This document shows positions 35,656-49,717 of a DNA stretch of 64,000 nucleotides, piece by piece. The DNA comes from Camelus ferus (Eukaryota): NCBI RefSeq assembly GCF_009834535.1, contig NC_045697.1:23624001-23688000 (forward strand). Reading direction: 5' to 3'. Numbering within the stretch: the first letter of the stretch is position 1; every line of letters starts with the position of its first letter. Under the pieces are notes generated by a model that saw only the letters and a program-made list of their open reading frames with translations, did no database searches and was not told the origin of the DNA. The position numbers and the translations under genes are program-made.

Positions 35656-37769
35656 AGAGTTTAGCTCAAGGTAGGTAAAGGGAGTAAACTTATTTCCATG
35701 CAGGGAGCGTTGCTGACTCCATATAACAAGTACTTAGTTCTCACAGACTAAAATTCTGGCAAACATCCACTGAACCTTAGAACAACTTCCAGAATTACAA
35801 TGACTTTAGATACAGAATCAACAGTACATTATTATGGTGAAAGTATCCTTTTTTTCCCCCTGCCTGTAGAAAATTTTGTGGCAAAGGTGAGCTAAAAGGT
35901 TGTAAATTAAAGAAAATGTAAGGGAATTAAACAACCAGTAAATAATTAGAAAGGATAATTTAATCTAAAAGGATTATGAAAGCACACAGAGGCTTTTCAA
36001 GGTCAATTTTTTAGATAGTTCAATTTCAGTGTATTTTTTGAGCTGATTCAATTGAGGTCATTTAAAATTTTGCAAGATGGCTTTCTTTATTCTCTAAGGC
36101 ATTAATGAGGTACAATTTAATTGAACTACCTGGAAAGTGAGTGAATTGGATTATAAACATACATAGACAATTACTCAGTTTAAGCTAGTTGAACGCCATT
36201 CACTTCAGTGAGGATTTTATGCACGTTCCCCATTCCTTATTAGCTGTGCAGTTATTGCCTCGGTGGACACATTTACCAATTTCTGTTGAAGAGTGGAACT
36301 ATTGAAGAAGAGAAGGCACAAAGTGAAGGGGTGGTTTTCTCCTTCTGACTGTAACCCTAGGGGCTTTATTTACAGCAGCTTTGAATTAGCTGCAAAGCAT
36401 AGCACTTCCACATTCTTTTTAATAAAAGGGATTATTTTCATTTCCTAATAAAAGTTCTTTCCCTCCAGTACAGGGCAAACTTCTCAGATTCTGCAAAGAT
36501 CAAAGGTCGAGACTATAAATCCTTCTTTTTTTTCAAAGTCAGTTTCCATAGCCTGTGAGTTTTATTATTCAGCCTAGAGTGGACAGGTTTCAGTGTTTAA
36601 TGGAAGTAAAAGGAATAGTATTTCTAAAACCCTAAAATGTTAATGGGGAAAAAATCACTATTTAGACTGTATTGAGTTGTTATTTCCTTGCATGCCTTCC
36701 TTTTCTTATTAATTACTTATTTATTTATGCATGAAGAAATAATGCTGTTTCTCATTTTATTCCACAAACTCATACAAGAAATTCTGTTCTGGAATGTAAC
36801 ACTTAGAACAAAAACCATCATTCAGCTAAGCACTTATTCTTGGGTTTCATGTTTATGTCATTCGAGATTGCCATCCCTGAGTGGAGCAGATAATAAGTCA
36901 GAACCTGTCAGCCTTATTAAATTTGGCTAGCCTCTTTGCCCCATTGCTGAATGCTTCCTGGTTGAAATCAACCCCCTGAGAATAAGGATTATTCTTAAGG
37001 TGATTGAAATAATACTCTTTTGTGCTGGCAAACTGCTATTCTATGCTGGTTTTTTTGCTTTAGTGAAAACCAAATTCAAAATTACAATTTTGTAGAAAAT
37101 ATTTGAGTATAAGAAGATTATGTTTATAGTTTTAATTGGTATGTCTCTATCAGTAAGCACGGAATTAATCTGTTAACATTTTGAAAGTGCTCAAAATTTC
37201 TTTGGACTGTGAAAATTCCATTTCATTATCCTTTTTAGAGTATTAGATATACTAATAAGAGAGTGAATTATCATTTTTTCTCATAAGCACATCTTGGCAT
37301 GTATACACTTTAACATTCAAAATTCCTCCCAAAATTAAACCATAATCAAGATGTTCAGTTTTATCAATAATATCATGTGACTATTGGGTCCTGCCAGATT
37401 CCTCATTGTTTTTGATATGCACATGATCTAGTAATATTTATTACAAACTCAAGTGAAATCATCTTGTCCTCAAAAATGTGTGGTAAATACCTTTTCACTT
37501 CTATCAAACCTTAATAAATAATGTCATTTCCTTTAACTAAATCTCAAGGAGTTAATTTTCAACCATAGTACCATTTATTTTGAGACCTTCATGAGGTTTT
37601 CCACAATCTTTCTAAGTCAGTCTTCATACACATAACATGATAAGGGAACACAATTCTCATAAAAGTGTCCACATAATTTTAAACAAAATGAGAGGCTTTC
37701 TCAGAAAACTCACCCTCTTCTCTTTTCTATATGCCCTCCTGGAAAATGTTAATCTTTAATTTAAATGAG

Positions 37770-38230
37770 TTCAGTCTACTTCCTCTCCTTTATGCTAGGC
37801 CAGATCTTCATTATCCATCACCTTAGACTAGGGAAATGACTGCCTTAAGTGCCTCCCATCCCTCGCCTACATTACTCACAACGCTGTGCCTGCTCATACA
37901 TTGCTACCACTAATGCACAGATTTCTCCATGATTATCTGCCAAAATCAGAGTAGGATTTTAGCCAGGCATTCAGGGTTGACCTCAACCTGTGCCAAGTCT
38001 CCTTTTCTAATCTTACCATTCTACTCTCTCTTGCACAGCCTAATGTGAAAGAATAAATCATACAACACCCCACTTTGCAAAAGCCTTAAGGCTTCTCCAA
38101 AGGCATTTTCTCTACCTGGAAATTGTTTTAACTCATTTCAAACTATTGGAATTATTGCAATTCTACCAAGCCTTGCTCAAAAATAATCCATATGCTAATG
38201 TTTTCCCAAGAGGAAATTCTTCCTTACTTT
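37770..38230 (+). mobile_element. L2 fragment
   Basis: CTTCATTATCCATCACCTTAGACTA, TTAGCCAGGCATTCAGGG, CTCTACCTGGAA motifs. Confidence 0.5.
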
Positions 38231-38459
38231 TGAACAGCAATATTTTGTGCATGATATATGAAATTTAGTACATTTCATTTTCATATTTTAAATATATGTT
38301 ATAGTTCTCATTTTCAGTTGAACTTTTTAGGTAGCTTTCAATTTATACTTTGTGAGTAGTACTTTTGAAATAGTATCTTTGAAATAATTATTAGCTTTAA
38401 TTAATTAGTTAATTCAAAAAGTATTAGTAAGGAGCTTGTTAAGTTAAAAAATAATTATA

Positions 38460-38615
38460 AAACAGTAACAGTATTAATAGGTAATACTTTTTGAACACCA
38501 GCTCTATTAGGAAACATTTTTAGTGTTTTATGTTTAGCAAATTATGGTTATTCTAAAAACAAAAATAGAGATTATTAGAACTACCCTTATTTTACAAATA
38601 AGGACACTGTTAACT
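38460..38615 (-). mobile_element. MIR fragment
   Basis: TAATAGGTAATACTTTTTGAACAC...CCCTTATTTTACAAATAAGGACACTG. Confidence 0.6.
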
Positions 38616-38636
38616 AACTAAATGACATTTTTAAGG

Positions 38637-38814
38637 GGTGTCTCTTCCTTTTCTTGTAAGAACACCAGTCCTATAAGTTAGAGCGTCACCCTTATGACTG
38701 CATTTTGGCCTTAATTACTTCCTTGTTGGCCTTATCTCCAAAAGCAGTGACATTGAGGGCAAAGGCTTCAACATACGAATTTAAGGGGGAGGGTACACAA
38801 TTCAGTCCATAACG
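38637..38814 (-). mobile_element. MLT1A/B-like LTR, 5' half
   Basis: TTCTTGTAAGAACACCAGTC...CACCCTTATGAC...TTAATTACTTCC...CTTATCTCCAAA...GGCTTCAACATACGAATTT...CACAATTCAGTCCATAAC. Confidence 0.88.
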
Positions 38815-40229
38815 AGTTCAGTCTTCAGAAGCTTACTCTGTAGTGAGACTACAGAGAATAATCATTTTGATGACATTCGTATATATATGTTCCCATGAAG
38901 TGTGATGAGAAAAATTACATACTAAAAGATTAATAGCTTTTCTATAATATGAATCTGCAGTTGTTCAACGATGCTTCTTAAATCTCAAGGAAAATGTTAA
39001 GAATATGGAAGTCCCAAATTCAATAATGATTGCTGTTCAGCATCAAAATATTTTTAAAATCATTCCTTTTCTCTTCTATTCAGAAATAAGAGCTAAAGCC
39101 TGGCTGGTATCAATAAATATCAACAAATTATATGTATACAAGTCTGTATTTGTGTAAGGGTTTTTAGATTTCTTTTTTACTGTTGAAAACTTCAGAATTA
39201 TACTAGAGATTCTAATTGCTCTTGCTGCTTGTGTAACTGATTCACAGACCACCAAAAAACTTAAAAAAAAAAATCATCAAATAATCTCTTGACAATATGG
39301 AAACATCTGTCACCTTGTAATCCAGAGCACAATAATGCCAATTTATTTTTTCTTTTCCTCTCCATATAGTGTCAGTTATTACTAAATTTAAAATGAAAGT
39401 TAGATAAAAATACATATCTTGGTATTAATCTTTAACTCCATCTATTTAACCATTAAAAAATAACTGTACTTTAACCCAAAATAAAATTTATTTTGTTTAT
39501 CTATGTATTGCAATATTAATGTATACTAACTCAGATGTTCCTTTCTTTTGTAAGAAACATAGCTTAATGGTATTTCCAACGTGAATGGAATTAAGGAATC
39601 AAGTGTTCAAATTAAGCTGCTTAGTTTTTCTCTGAGTCCAATGTCTGATTTAATCTCATTTCACTCTATTGAAACAAAAGATAAAAAGAGTATAACATTG
39701 TGAAGTCCTTGATTTGATGCTGATTTGTAGTGACATTTTATCAATACATTTTTCTTTCCCTTTTCTTCTTATTAAGCCATTATTTCTAGCTGTGTTCTTT
39801 GTTTCCTGGTTAATTATAATCATCATTTTTCAGGATGTTTCTATAGAATCAAGAAATAAAATAAGAGTAAAACTACACAAATTTAAATCTTACCAATTTT
39901 GTATTTGACAGAAATTAGGCTGTCTAAAGGATATTTCACCTTAGCTTAACAAATTCTCTCGCTATTAAAAAAAATAGTAATATATACACAACAAAAATGT
40001 TTTAGCTTCATAAGGAAACAAATTACTTTTAAGCAAATTCAAACTCCAGCTTGCTCTCTCTTCCCCTCCCACAATTTATACAATAAAATGAAGTGTTTCA
40101 TCTTTGTGTATGTGTATGTATTAATATATACATATATATATATACATTCTTGTATCTGTATATAGATCATCTTCATATATACATACATATATGTATATAA
40201 TACATACATCTGACATGGTAAATAGAAAT

Positions 40230-41275
40230 TATTCTATTTATTCATTCATTTTAAAAGCCTAAGTTCAAAAACACTATTAATCATTATTAATCATATAAGA
40301 AGATATAGATCAATTGGGCTTTAATTAATGAGTTTAGTTCATCAAAAAATTCCATTAAGAAAATGAAATATGAAAGTCATAATGTGAGAATGAAATTTGC
40401 CACAGATAAAGCCGACAAAGGATATGGATCTAAATTTCAAAAATAACATTCAAAACAATAAAAAGGTAGACGAGCAAGTTTTAATACAACTAAGTTTTGA
40501 ACTGGCACTGCTCTCATGTGATATCTATATCTAAAATATATAAAGTGTGCTCAACATCATTCGCCATCAAAGAAATGTAAATTTAAATCATTATTAGGTG
40601 GCATTAAACACTCAGCTGAAAGGCTAAAATTAGAAGACTGATATGACCAAGTTTTGGCAAAGAAGTAGAGCAACTAGAACTTCTATATTACTTGTGACAA
40701 TGGACATTAATACAATAATTTTGGGAAATATTTGCATTATTAAATAAAATAATCATGAATGTATGATAAAGCCTGGTGTTTCTTTTCCTGATATATGCCC
40801 CAAAGAAATGGATGCTTGGATATTCCAAAAACATGTATAAAAAATATTCATAACTGCCTCAAATCAGAAGCAATGTAAATGTCATCAAATGGATAAAAAT
40901 GAAATAAACTACTTTATTCATATAATGAATAAAGCAAGAAAAATAAGAATATGAAACAAAATGGGTGAATCTCACAGACATAATGTAGGGAGAATGAAGT
41001 CAAGACACAAATGAGTAGAATCTGCAGAATGTTATTTATATTAATAGACAAAAATATTTTATGCAGATGGAGATCAAGATAGGGGTTACCACTGGGGAGG
41101 AATGTTAACTGAGGAGGAGCATAAGGGTACATTCTGGAGTGCCGGAAATAGTCAATAACTTGATTTTGGTTGAATTTTCATGATGTATGCTCTCAACTCA
41201 TCTTGACTTACATTGAGTTAGACCCTTAAGACTTCTGTATATGGCTTCATATGAGACATATCTTAATTTTAAGAA
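40230..41275 (+). mobile_element. Old L1ME-type 3' region
   Basis: TGCTCAACATCATTCGCCATCAAAGAAATGTAAAT, TTGGCAAAGAAGTAGAGCAACTAGAAC, ATGGGTGAATCTCACAGACATAATGT, CAAGATAGGGGTTACC. Confidence 0.8.
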
Positions 41276-41963
41276 TATCAAAGAGTAAGTCCTAGAATCT
41301 TAAAGTCTTTATTTAGTCAGAATATGGGACACATTAAATGTTGAATATTGAGATGAAACCATAAATATACATAAATATACTTTATTATCATTTTCTTCAT
41401 TATTTATAATTAGCTTTCATCAATTTTTAGCCATATGGTCAGGAAAATTTTACTCAATATTTCTACAAATTTGTTTTCTTATTTATTCAGAAGGGATTAC
41501 AGTATTTTTCCTGTCTCTTATACTCAAAAGAGTTGATGTGGAAATTAAGTAAGATAATGGTAGACTAACGCTACTGTGACTTATAGACCCAGATATCTAG
41601 ATATAGATAAAAATAGATAGATATACAAATATCTAATTTGATATCTATTTACAGGATGTCATTTATTAAAATATTGCCAATCTTTTCCATTCTACTTAAT
41701 TACAGGATTTTGCTTAGTATCTCCCTCTCAACATTCTCTCTCAACAGGTCACTGTCTAGCTTTAGAGGAATCTTTTGTGCTTTTTGACCCAGGAGAGGGA
41801 CTAGAGAAGAGACTAGATAGGAATACCATTGGGGAAAAGGAATAGGAACGCTGGAGACAGTTTACAAAGGATTTTGAAGAGTGACCTTCAAAGAATGAGA
41901 AAATTTTTCAGGAAAGGAAAGGGAAGAATTTAAGAAGTCTTGGGTTATCATTAAAACAGTGAG

Positions 41964-42061
41964 GGAGGTGGAAATAGAGCTCAGTGGTAAAGAGCATGCA
42001 CGAGGAGGTCCTGGGTTCAATCCCCAGTACCTCCATAAAAAAACAAAACAAAACAAAAACA
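41964..42061 (+). mobile_element. Vic-1-type camelid tRNA-derived SINE
   Basis: A-box-like AGCTCAGTGGT, B-box GGGTTCAATCCC, CAGTACCTCCA, A/AAAAC tail; 11-bp TSD AAAACAGTGAG/AAAACAATGAG at a TT|AAAA site. Confidence 0.88.
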
Positions 42062-42439
42062 AAAACAATGAGCAAGAAATAATGAAATGTTCTTCCAATT
42101 TGGAAAAACTCTTAAAGTTTAGGTATGAATATAAAAAGTTGACATGTGAAGTAAAAATTAAGAAGTCAGGGATTTGGAACAGTGAAAACCTATACCTACC
42201 TAGGTAAAGGGTAATAATATAAGATATTTTGTCCTAGTTGAGTACTTTTTTTTTTTTACATAAATTACAGTTAATCTTAAAACATTAAGTATATCTTTCT
42301 TTGTAAGACTGACTGGTGGGGAATGAATTAAACTGTTAAGCTGTATTACACTAAAAAAAAAAAAGTCTTGGCTGTGATGTTTGCATGTCTTTAATGTTGT
42401 TCGAGAAATACAAGGAAAAACCCAATTACATGAACACTT

Positions 42440-42680
42440 TAATAATGGGAGATGGATTATCTTCCTTTGTTTATAACACTTTAATATTAAAACCTATCAG
42501 ATAATATTATACCCACAACAAAACAGCAAAGTATTTAATAATATTTCTGTTTTTTGACAAGGCAATTGAGACTCTGAATATTTTCATAATAATTCTAAAG
42601 TTATTTGGCCAGTAAGAGGCATTGCAGCCCAAGCTTATATATCTCTAAATACCCATTTCATTCACTACATAATGGCTTTT
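42440..42680 (-). mobile_element. MIR
   Basis: TTTGACAAGGCAATTGAGACTCTGA...TTTGGCCAGTAAGAGGCA...CATTCACTACA. Confidence 0.5.
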
Positions 42681-43019
42681 GTTTAAATGATTTCATGAAC
42701 TGCAAAGTGTGTATGATACTACTTTCTTCAAGAAAACAATTAGAAGAACAAAATCAAATAGGATTTCTTTAACAAATCAAAATTGTTCCAAGATGCACTC
42801 TGTAATTCCTTTAACAATTAAAATAGTAGATGAGGATGCTGCAATTGGAAACTAATCGTGTGTTCCTCATAAATAAAGCGTGTGTGGGGTGACCCTTTCA
42901 TCACACTCTTCTTGCCTGCTAAGGTAGCTGAGGATTGCTGCAGGAATTTAGAAGCCTCTGCCACCGAGTTAGGAAAAGGCAAAATGTCTTAAGGTCTTAA
43001 AAAAGGCAATACACATCGA

Positions 43020-43550
43020 GTGCAATGGTTTTGTTTAGGAATAGTTTTAGCTGTGAGTGGCAGACAACCCAAAACAAAAAGAGCTTAAAGAAGATAGAAT
43101 GAAGTGACAATAAGCTATTGTCTTGATAATGCTGTGAAACAAGCTATCCAGAAACTCAGTTGCTTAAAATTACCATCATTTATTTATTCACCAGCACATA
43201 TCCATGCAGCAGTGGGGGTCAGCCGATCTTCTATAGGCTTTGTTCCTTATGGAAAATGGGGTCCATTTCTGCCCCATGCACCTTTCATTCTCCTTGGATC
43301 AGTGAATAAGACAATTGTGGTGATCACAAATGGGTAAGGTACCAAGTCCACCCAGGCAAGCACATTTCCGGAGTCTGCTTGAATAAGGTCCAACCAAATC
43401 TTCTTGGTCAGAGCACAGTCACATGGTTGCTCTTCAAAAGAATGGTTAAGATATTCTGGCTAGTCAAATACCTGGGTAAATACTGCTGGTCCTTTTTGTA
43501 AGGAAGAAGAAGACCTGAGTATTAGGAATAATCAGCAGTCAACAAGACAA
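43020..43550 (-). mobile_element. Old MaLR LTR fragments (MLT1I/J/K-like)
   Basis: AACTCAGTTGCTTAAAA...CATTTATTT, GCAAGCACATTTC, TTGGTCAGAGCACAGTCACATGG. Confidence 0.65.
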
Positions 43551-45234
43551 TGGCTGACTGAAGTCTTTATCACAGAATCTCTGACAAATACATAAGTTAA
43601 AATCATGTCATGTCTGAACCAGCAAAAATAATTTACTGATGTTGAGATGTAAGTTATATTTTCTTCCTTAAGGGATGAAGAATGTTTTGATATTTGGAGT
43701 AGAGACTGGGGAAATGCAAATTCTTGCTGTCTGTGGGTGTAATAAGAAAACTCATAGGAGGATTATGTCTTAAAGAGGATAGTGAGATCTTGATTTACCC
43801 TTCTAGAAAGTGTGTGTGTGTGGGTTTGTGTGGGTGTGTGTATGTTTATCCAGGCTGTAATATTTTCCTAAATGCTCTGTACATCTTAGATATCTTCCTA
43901 TTCATCTAATTATAAAAATAGATTAATCTGCTCTTAATTGGTAACAAAGATTATTTCCACAGTAGTTCTGAGAGTTCAAGTTGTCTTCACTGCACAGCCC
44001 CAGATTTTACCACTCAGTTCTCTGCTTCAGGAGTTTCTAGTCACATGTCATAAAAAGTGAGTGGAACCTCTGGACTTGCACAATGCAATGATCCTAATAT
44101 TACAACGGCAAATTCTTATTAAGAACACTATTGTAGAAATGATATTTGTTCACGATTGTAAGATGGATCTGTAGTCCATCCATTCTAAATTTTAGCCTTG
44201 GGTTATTCCAGACTATCAAAGACAATATTGTTTTGCTTCAAAATATAATTAAAAAAAATTTTTGTGTTAAATATCAATGTATATTGAATAAAATAGATTC
44301 TCTATAAAATGTATAACAGAGGTGTCTGATTATTCCTTTATGAGATCCATCTTTTCCCCTACTGACAATTAACATGCAGGACTCAATAACTTCTTCCATT
44401 CCCAAAAAAGACCACTTTTTCTCTCTCTCTCTCTCTCTCCCTTCTCTCATGCACACAGCATATCACCATATTGTTTCTCTGAGAGATGATACAGCTTTAC
44501 ACCTTACAACCACTAGGGAGAAATATGTTTCTATTCTAATGCTTTTTCTGCACATCTTTTCTCAGCTCTGCTAGTAAACAAGAGTTCCTTGCCTTTGACC
44601 TCCCTAGCTCAGGAGGTGAGACTTCTCTGTTATCTGTTTTTCCCTACCTCTTTCTTCTGTATTCCCTTGATGAAGGAGTCAGGAGAGGGCCTGGCGGGCA
44701 CTGCACTTCTTATTCAACCCTTCCAAATACAAATCTGCTCTTTGAAAAGGAAAAGGTAGGAAGATTTGCATTCTGGAGAGGCTGGAGATGTGTTACAAAT
44801 ATTAAATTATGTGGTCTGTTTTCACTACTACACTTGTCATATATTCACGATGCAGTGTGGCTGAAGCTTTATGGAGACAGTCCTTTTTGATGAGAATCTA
44901 TTTGAAAACATTTTCTCAAGTCTCATTACTGGAACAAATCCCCTGAACCACTGGTTAGTTTTAATCCAATCACATATTAATCTTGTACATATCTGTTTTC
45001 TCTTTTCATGGACTCCTAGAAAACAGAGAGGCAAAAATATACTCCATCTTTAGGAAACGTTATTCCATTTCTTCTGACAGGATAACACTGGTTAAGCCAA
45101 AAATTCATCTTACAAAGCATTTCAAATACTTCTTTTTTGTGTTTCCTTTCCTCTTTACTTTTTCCTTCCTTCCTTCTTCCCAATGATATGATCTGAAACT
45201 TACTGGAATTTTCTTAGGAAAAAAAATGAGATGA

Positions 45235-45470
45235 TTAATACTAATACATTAATCACATAGCTAAATGCTTTATTGGATGGCCTTATTTAATTATCCCAAA
45301 ACCTAGTGAAGAATGTTTAATATTTTTTTCCACTTTGCCAATGAAGAAAGGGGACTCTGAAACATTAGATAACTTGTTGGAAGTTTGAGTTCGCATAAGG
45401 TGGAGTTGACTGTGCTATCCTGGACCATGTGCACCTAAGTTCAAGTTCTTAACCATTATACTCCTCTTGT
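45235..45470 (-). mobile_element. MIR
   Basis: GCTAAATGCTTTA...CCACTTTGCCAATGAAGAAAGGGGACTCTGA...TCTTAACCATTATAC. Confidence 0.7.
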
Positions 45471-46176
45471 CTATCAGCACTTTGATTAACATAGATTAGG
45501 TTTGTAAACGAAACTTCAAATTATTTTTATATTATTTTATAAAGTATAGGGATGAGAAAATACTACAATAAGAGTGCTGCTGATGAACATGATCCTTTTT
45601 ACCCTTGTATGGGGACGCAGCAGGGAAACAAAAACAAAAGACGTCTTTCTCCTCCACCAATAATCAATACCTATGGTGATGTCTAGTCTACATGTATTAT
45701 GTAAGGTTCATGACATATATAAAACACTTCCTCTTTGAACTGGGTTCTTTGTTACTGAGAACAGGACACAGTTATCATGGATGACACGGAAGACTTACAC
45801 AAAGGTGATTTTTTTCCATTCCTTTACTTTTAGGTATATTTTAGAACTTGACTTCAGGAGAAAGCTGATAAATTGTATGTGAAGGGGAGTATTTCATACC
45901 TCTCAGGAAAACACCTCAATCTATCACAAGCACACTCAAACTTTGTATATTATCTGCCAAAAAAACAAACAAAAAGTAGTTACCTCTGCCACATAAGTCT
46001 GACACATTTTCAGAAAACATTGTATCAGTTCTAAATACTATTCAGAAGACAAATATAGCTGAGGAAAGAGCAGAATATCTATGGTTAGCAGACAGGAAAT
46101 GCTACCGTGCTCCCCCAATATACAGAATGTTCTCACTCGTATGTAGTGGTATGAGAAGAACAAAGACATTATGGGT

Positions 46177-46652
46177 TTTAATGGCAGGCATTTCTAATTA
46201 TGCACCCCATACCCGTATCCCCTTCCTCCTTGCTAAAGGAAAAAAAATCATTTTGTTTTAGTCAGAAGAGTATCCTATTAACTTTTACCTTCCCTAAATC
46301 ATTTGCAAATAGAACTGATGATGTGACCCAGTTCCTGAGAATGAGACACCAGCAAAAGTGAAGGGACTGGGACAGGGGCTTCTGAGAAACCTGAACAGAA
46401 TGTGCCCTACGTATTTCTCTTCTATTCATATTTAGAATTTGGAGTCAGTGCCTGGCGATAGATCAAACTGTAAATAATGAGAACTAAATTTTAGTAGAGA
46501 AGGGAGCTAAGGTTTTTCAAAGAGTTGTTCAATCAACTGAACCTTATCTCAGCTAGACCCTCTAGATATCATGTTTATGAGTAAAACAAATTTCTAATTA
46601 ACATCAGTATTAGATTTCTTTACATGCTTCCAAAGGCATGCTTAACTAATAC
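46177..46652 (+). mobile_element. Old MaLR LTR (MLT1J/K/L-like)
   Basis: ATGTGACCCAGTTCCTGAGAATGAGAC, GGGGCTTCTGAGAAA; ends TAACTAATAC. Confidence 0.65.
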
Positions 46653-46869
46653 TGTTCTTCATCCAGTCAAATGTAGTCCACGTGAAGCACTGCTTTCTGT
46701 TCTGAGAGTAAGTTCAACTTCTTTTTGTTGATGAGAATATTTCTTATTTTTAAGAAACAGAATAGATGATAGTTTTTTGATTATTTATTTGCCCTTTACT
46801 GCTCTAAAGTGGAAACTGTTACACTGAAATGACAGTTATTCTGAGATTTTAAATATATTTCATTGAAAT

Positions 46870-47070
46870 AGACAACTCTGGAACCACTAGGCTAAGTTTC
46901 CTGCTTTTCCACTTGTCACCTCAGTCATCTTTGGCAAGTCAATTGACTTCAATTCTCAAGAGTAAAAGGCATATAATATTTACTCAGCTCACACATTTAC
47001 TTGAAGATCAAGTGAGGTAGAGCATTTTATAGTTCATTAAGCACTGTGGAAGTTTTCATGGTTATTACTA
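46870..47070 (+). mobile_element. MIR
   Basis: ACTCTGGAACCA...TTTCCTGCTTTTCCACTT...TTGGCAAGTCAATTGACTTC...GAAGATCAAGTGAG. Confidence 0.55.
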
Positions 47071-47969
47071 ATAAAATGTATGTCATGGCAATCACATTCT
47101 ATTCTAAATCTGGGCCTGAATGAAATAAATGCCAGTAAAATGAAATGTCAGTGTATATCATAATTATACTACAATCATATTTCCTAATTCTGTATTAGAA
47201 ATTGTCAGCATGAAGGTAACTAGCTCAGTGTTTCCCTTTGCATGGTCAGAATGGTCATCGTTGTGAGGAAGGAAAAACGGACATCTGTGCACATAAATTC
47301 CATAATATGTAGGCAAGTAGCTTAAGCCAAAATGTGCTAGAAACAATGCAGTGTCTCCTTGCTTAATACTCCTACTTAGAAGTCCTGCATGTGGTCATCT
47401 GATGTGTCTACATATCTCAGAAGACTATTAACAGATCTGGCCTCATGTAATCTGCAATTACATGAGCAAGTTAGTTAAAGATTATAAATAAAAAAATATA
47501 GCAACTGATTAATTAACAGGGATACTATTTTATACATTTACTAACCTTCAAATTAGTTGCCTTAGCAACCTATGTCCTTAACTTACTGTGTGACTATCAT
47601 TCTAAACATCCCTGAATTTCTTCTTCAGAAACTCCCTTACAATTTTGGTAGAACCATCATCCTTTTGCATATATTTTATTTTTTTCAGTGGTCTTTGAGA
47701 GATGCTAAGTAAACTCTTTTTGCAGGCGCAGAGGAACATTTGTATGAAATAAAAGAAAAAACTTCAAGCATTCAAATAGATTTTATATTATTTTCTAATA
47801 AACTTTGGTTAGTGATTCACATATTTTGTTTCATTTTTAACATTGTAGAGCTGCACTTACAATTACATAAATGCTGTTTAAATTCAATACAAAGAAGTAG
47901 ATGCCAGCCAAAAAAAGTGAAAATGTTAAGCAGCCACACAACTGCTTAAACCAGCAGATCTTTCTGGAT

Positions 47970-48180
47970 TCTCTGGTGCTTAAGTTTAGACTCCGTAGGT
48001 GGACTTACTAGTTCAAATCCCTGCTCTGCCACATATTAGCCTGTGACCTTGGGCTCATTTTTCTTAGAGAATGAATGTGAATATTAAATGAGTTAATTAA
48101 TATAAAGCACTTACTACTGTACGTGGTAAAGTTTGAACTTACTGAATTAGTTGTCATTACTACTGCTATAGTTATTACCT
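47970..48180 (+). mobile_element. MIR with internal deletion
   Basis: AGTTCAAATCCCTGCTCTGCCACATATTAGCCTGTGACCTTGGGC...ATTAAATGAGTTAAT...TAAAGCACTTA. Confidence 0.85.
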
Positions 48181-49717
48181 AAAAAAAAAAAAGGTTGGTT
48201 GGAATTTCTCTTTAAAAATTTAAAGACTTCATAGACTTCCTCCTTAATTGCCTCTATTTGCAACTACTGAAAGAATCAATGGGAGAGGATTCTAGAAGTA
48301 AAACATAAAGCTATTGTCATATTCTTAACACTCACTTTATAATGCAGGCATCTTGAAAAATTATGGTGAGTTACTATTGCTTTTCTCCCCAGTTTCACTT
48401 AAAAAATTGAAACGTAACTGTCCTGTTTGTTAGCATTTGCTTAATTAATCAGTTTTTGGTGTTGCTGACATATAGACATAACCTAAGTGGCTGCTATCAC
48501 ATCAGAATCACATTTGCTGTAGTAGCTGTGAAGTGTGGAGAAGCTATTCAGAACCTCAAGTTGTTGTGTTCATAAAATTGTTGGATATATTATCTCCCTT
48601 CCTAAAGTAATTATCTCCCATGATATGTGATCTTCCATGAGTGTTCCCTCTTTTAAAAAAGGATGAATCTATAATTAATCATATGCTTTAAAATTGATAT
48701 ATATTCTTCCTTCTCTTGCAAAAAAAAGATAACATTGCAAGTTCAGAAATCAAAAACATACTATTGTCAGTGAAACTGAAAAATTAAATTTAGAGTTGAC
48801 TGTATCAAGACACTATGATAAAAATGAGTTAGAGTCTTAATTCAAAGAGTGTATTTAACACATTTGTTTAAGAATGTATTCTAAATTCACCTTTTTTTCT
48901 CATCCCACGCTGTTTAGTTCATAGTTTTATTAAATGCACATTAAAATTGTTATTAATTCTCAAGTCCCCTGTGCCTCTCTCTAAGATAAGTAATCTGTGT
49001 CACAGACGGTTTATTATTGAATTCTCATTTATATTAAAAACAGATTCCAACTCTAACATTTTAATTACAGTTCAATATCAGACAAAATCTCTCTTTTCCA
49101 TTATCCTTTTTATTAGCATAATAAATTGTTCTGATGGTGCTGAACAATCAGCAAAACAGAAAAGGCAATGTGCTCTCAATAACATGGACTATGATCTACT
49201 TCTTCTGTGAAATATACAGTCAGAATTATTAATTATTTATTGAAATACTATCATACTTCAAGGTCATTATCATGCTGTCTCTACAGTATCACTGTGCAAA
49301 TGTGGATATCATAATCTCTCAAATTTAGAATACTGGATCGAATGCCAGTTTATGACAAAACACCTATTAGGAATTAGTTTCAGAACTATTACCTGATAAC
49401 AAATGGATTAAAAAAAAACAGATCTCTTTATTAAAACACAAGTATTGGGGTAAAAAAGTAGTCTGGAATTTAGGGCTAGTAAAAAGCCAATATATATATA
49501 CATACTATATATTAATAACTATAATTACAAATCTTTTGTTTTACTATTTACTCTGTTATTAATACTAATAAGTTTCTACTAGCTTTATGAAATATACAAA
49601 GTCATAGTAAAGATGAGACAGTAGTGACAGCTTCATTTTGGTTAACAACTTTCTTTAGTTCAGCATTAACAATGTAAATACATTTGAATGTGCAGTAATA
49701 TTTCCTGCCTTAGAAAA

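Noticed and set aside
41964..42036. Possible tRNA gene
   Set aside because: It has A and B boxes but no cloverleaf I can fold, and it has an A-rich tail and TSD, so it is a SINE.
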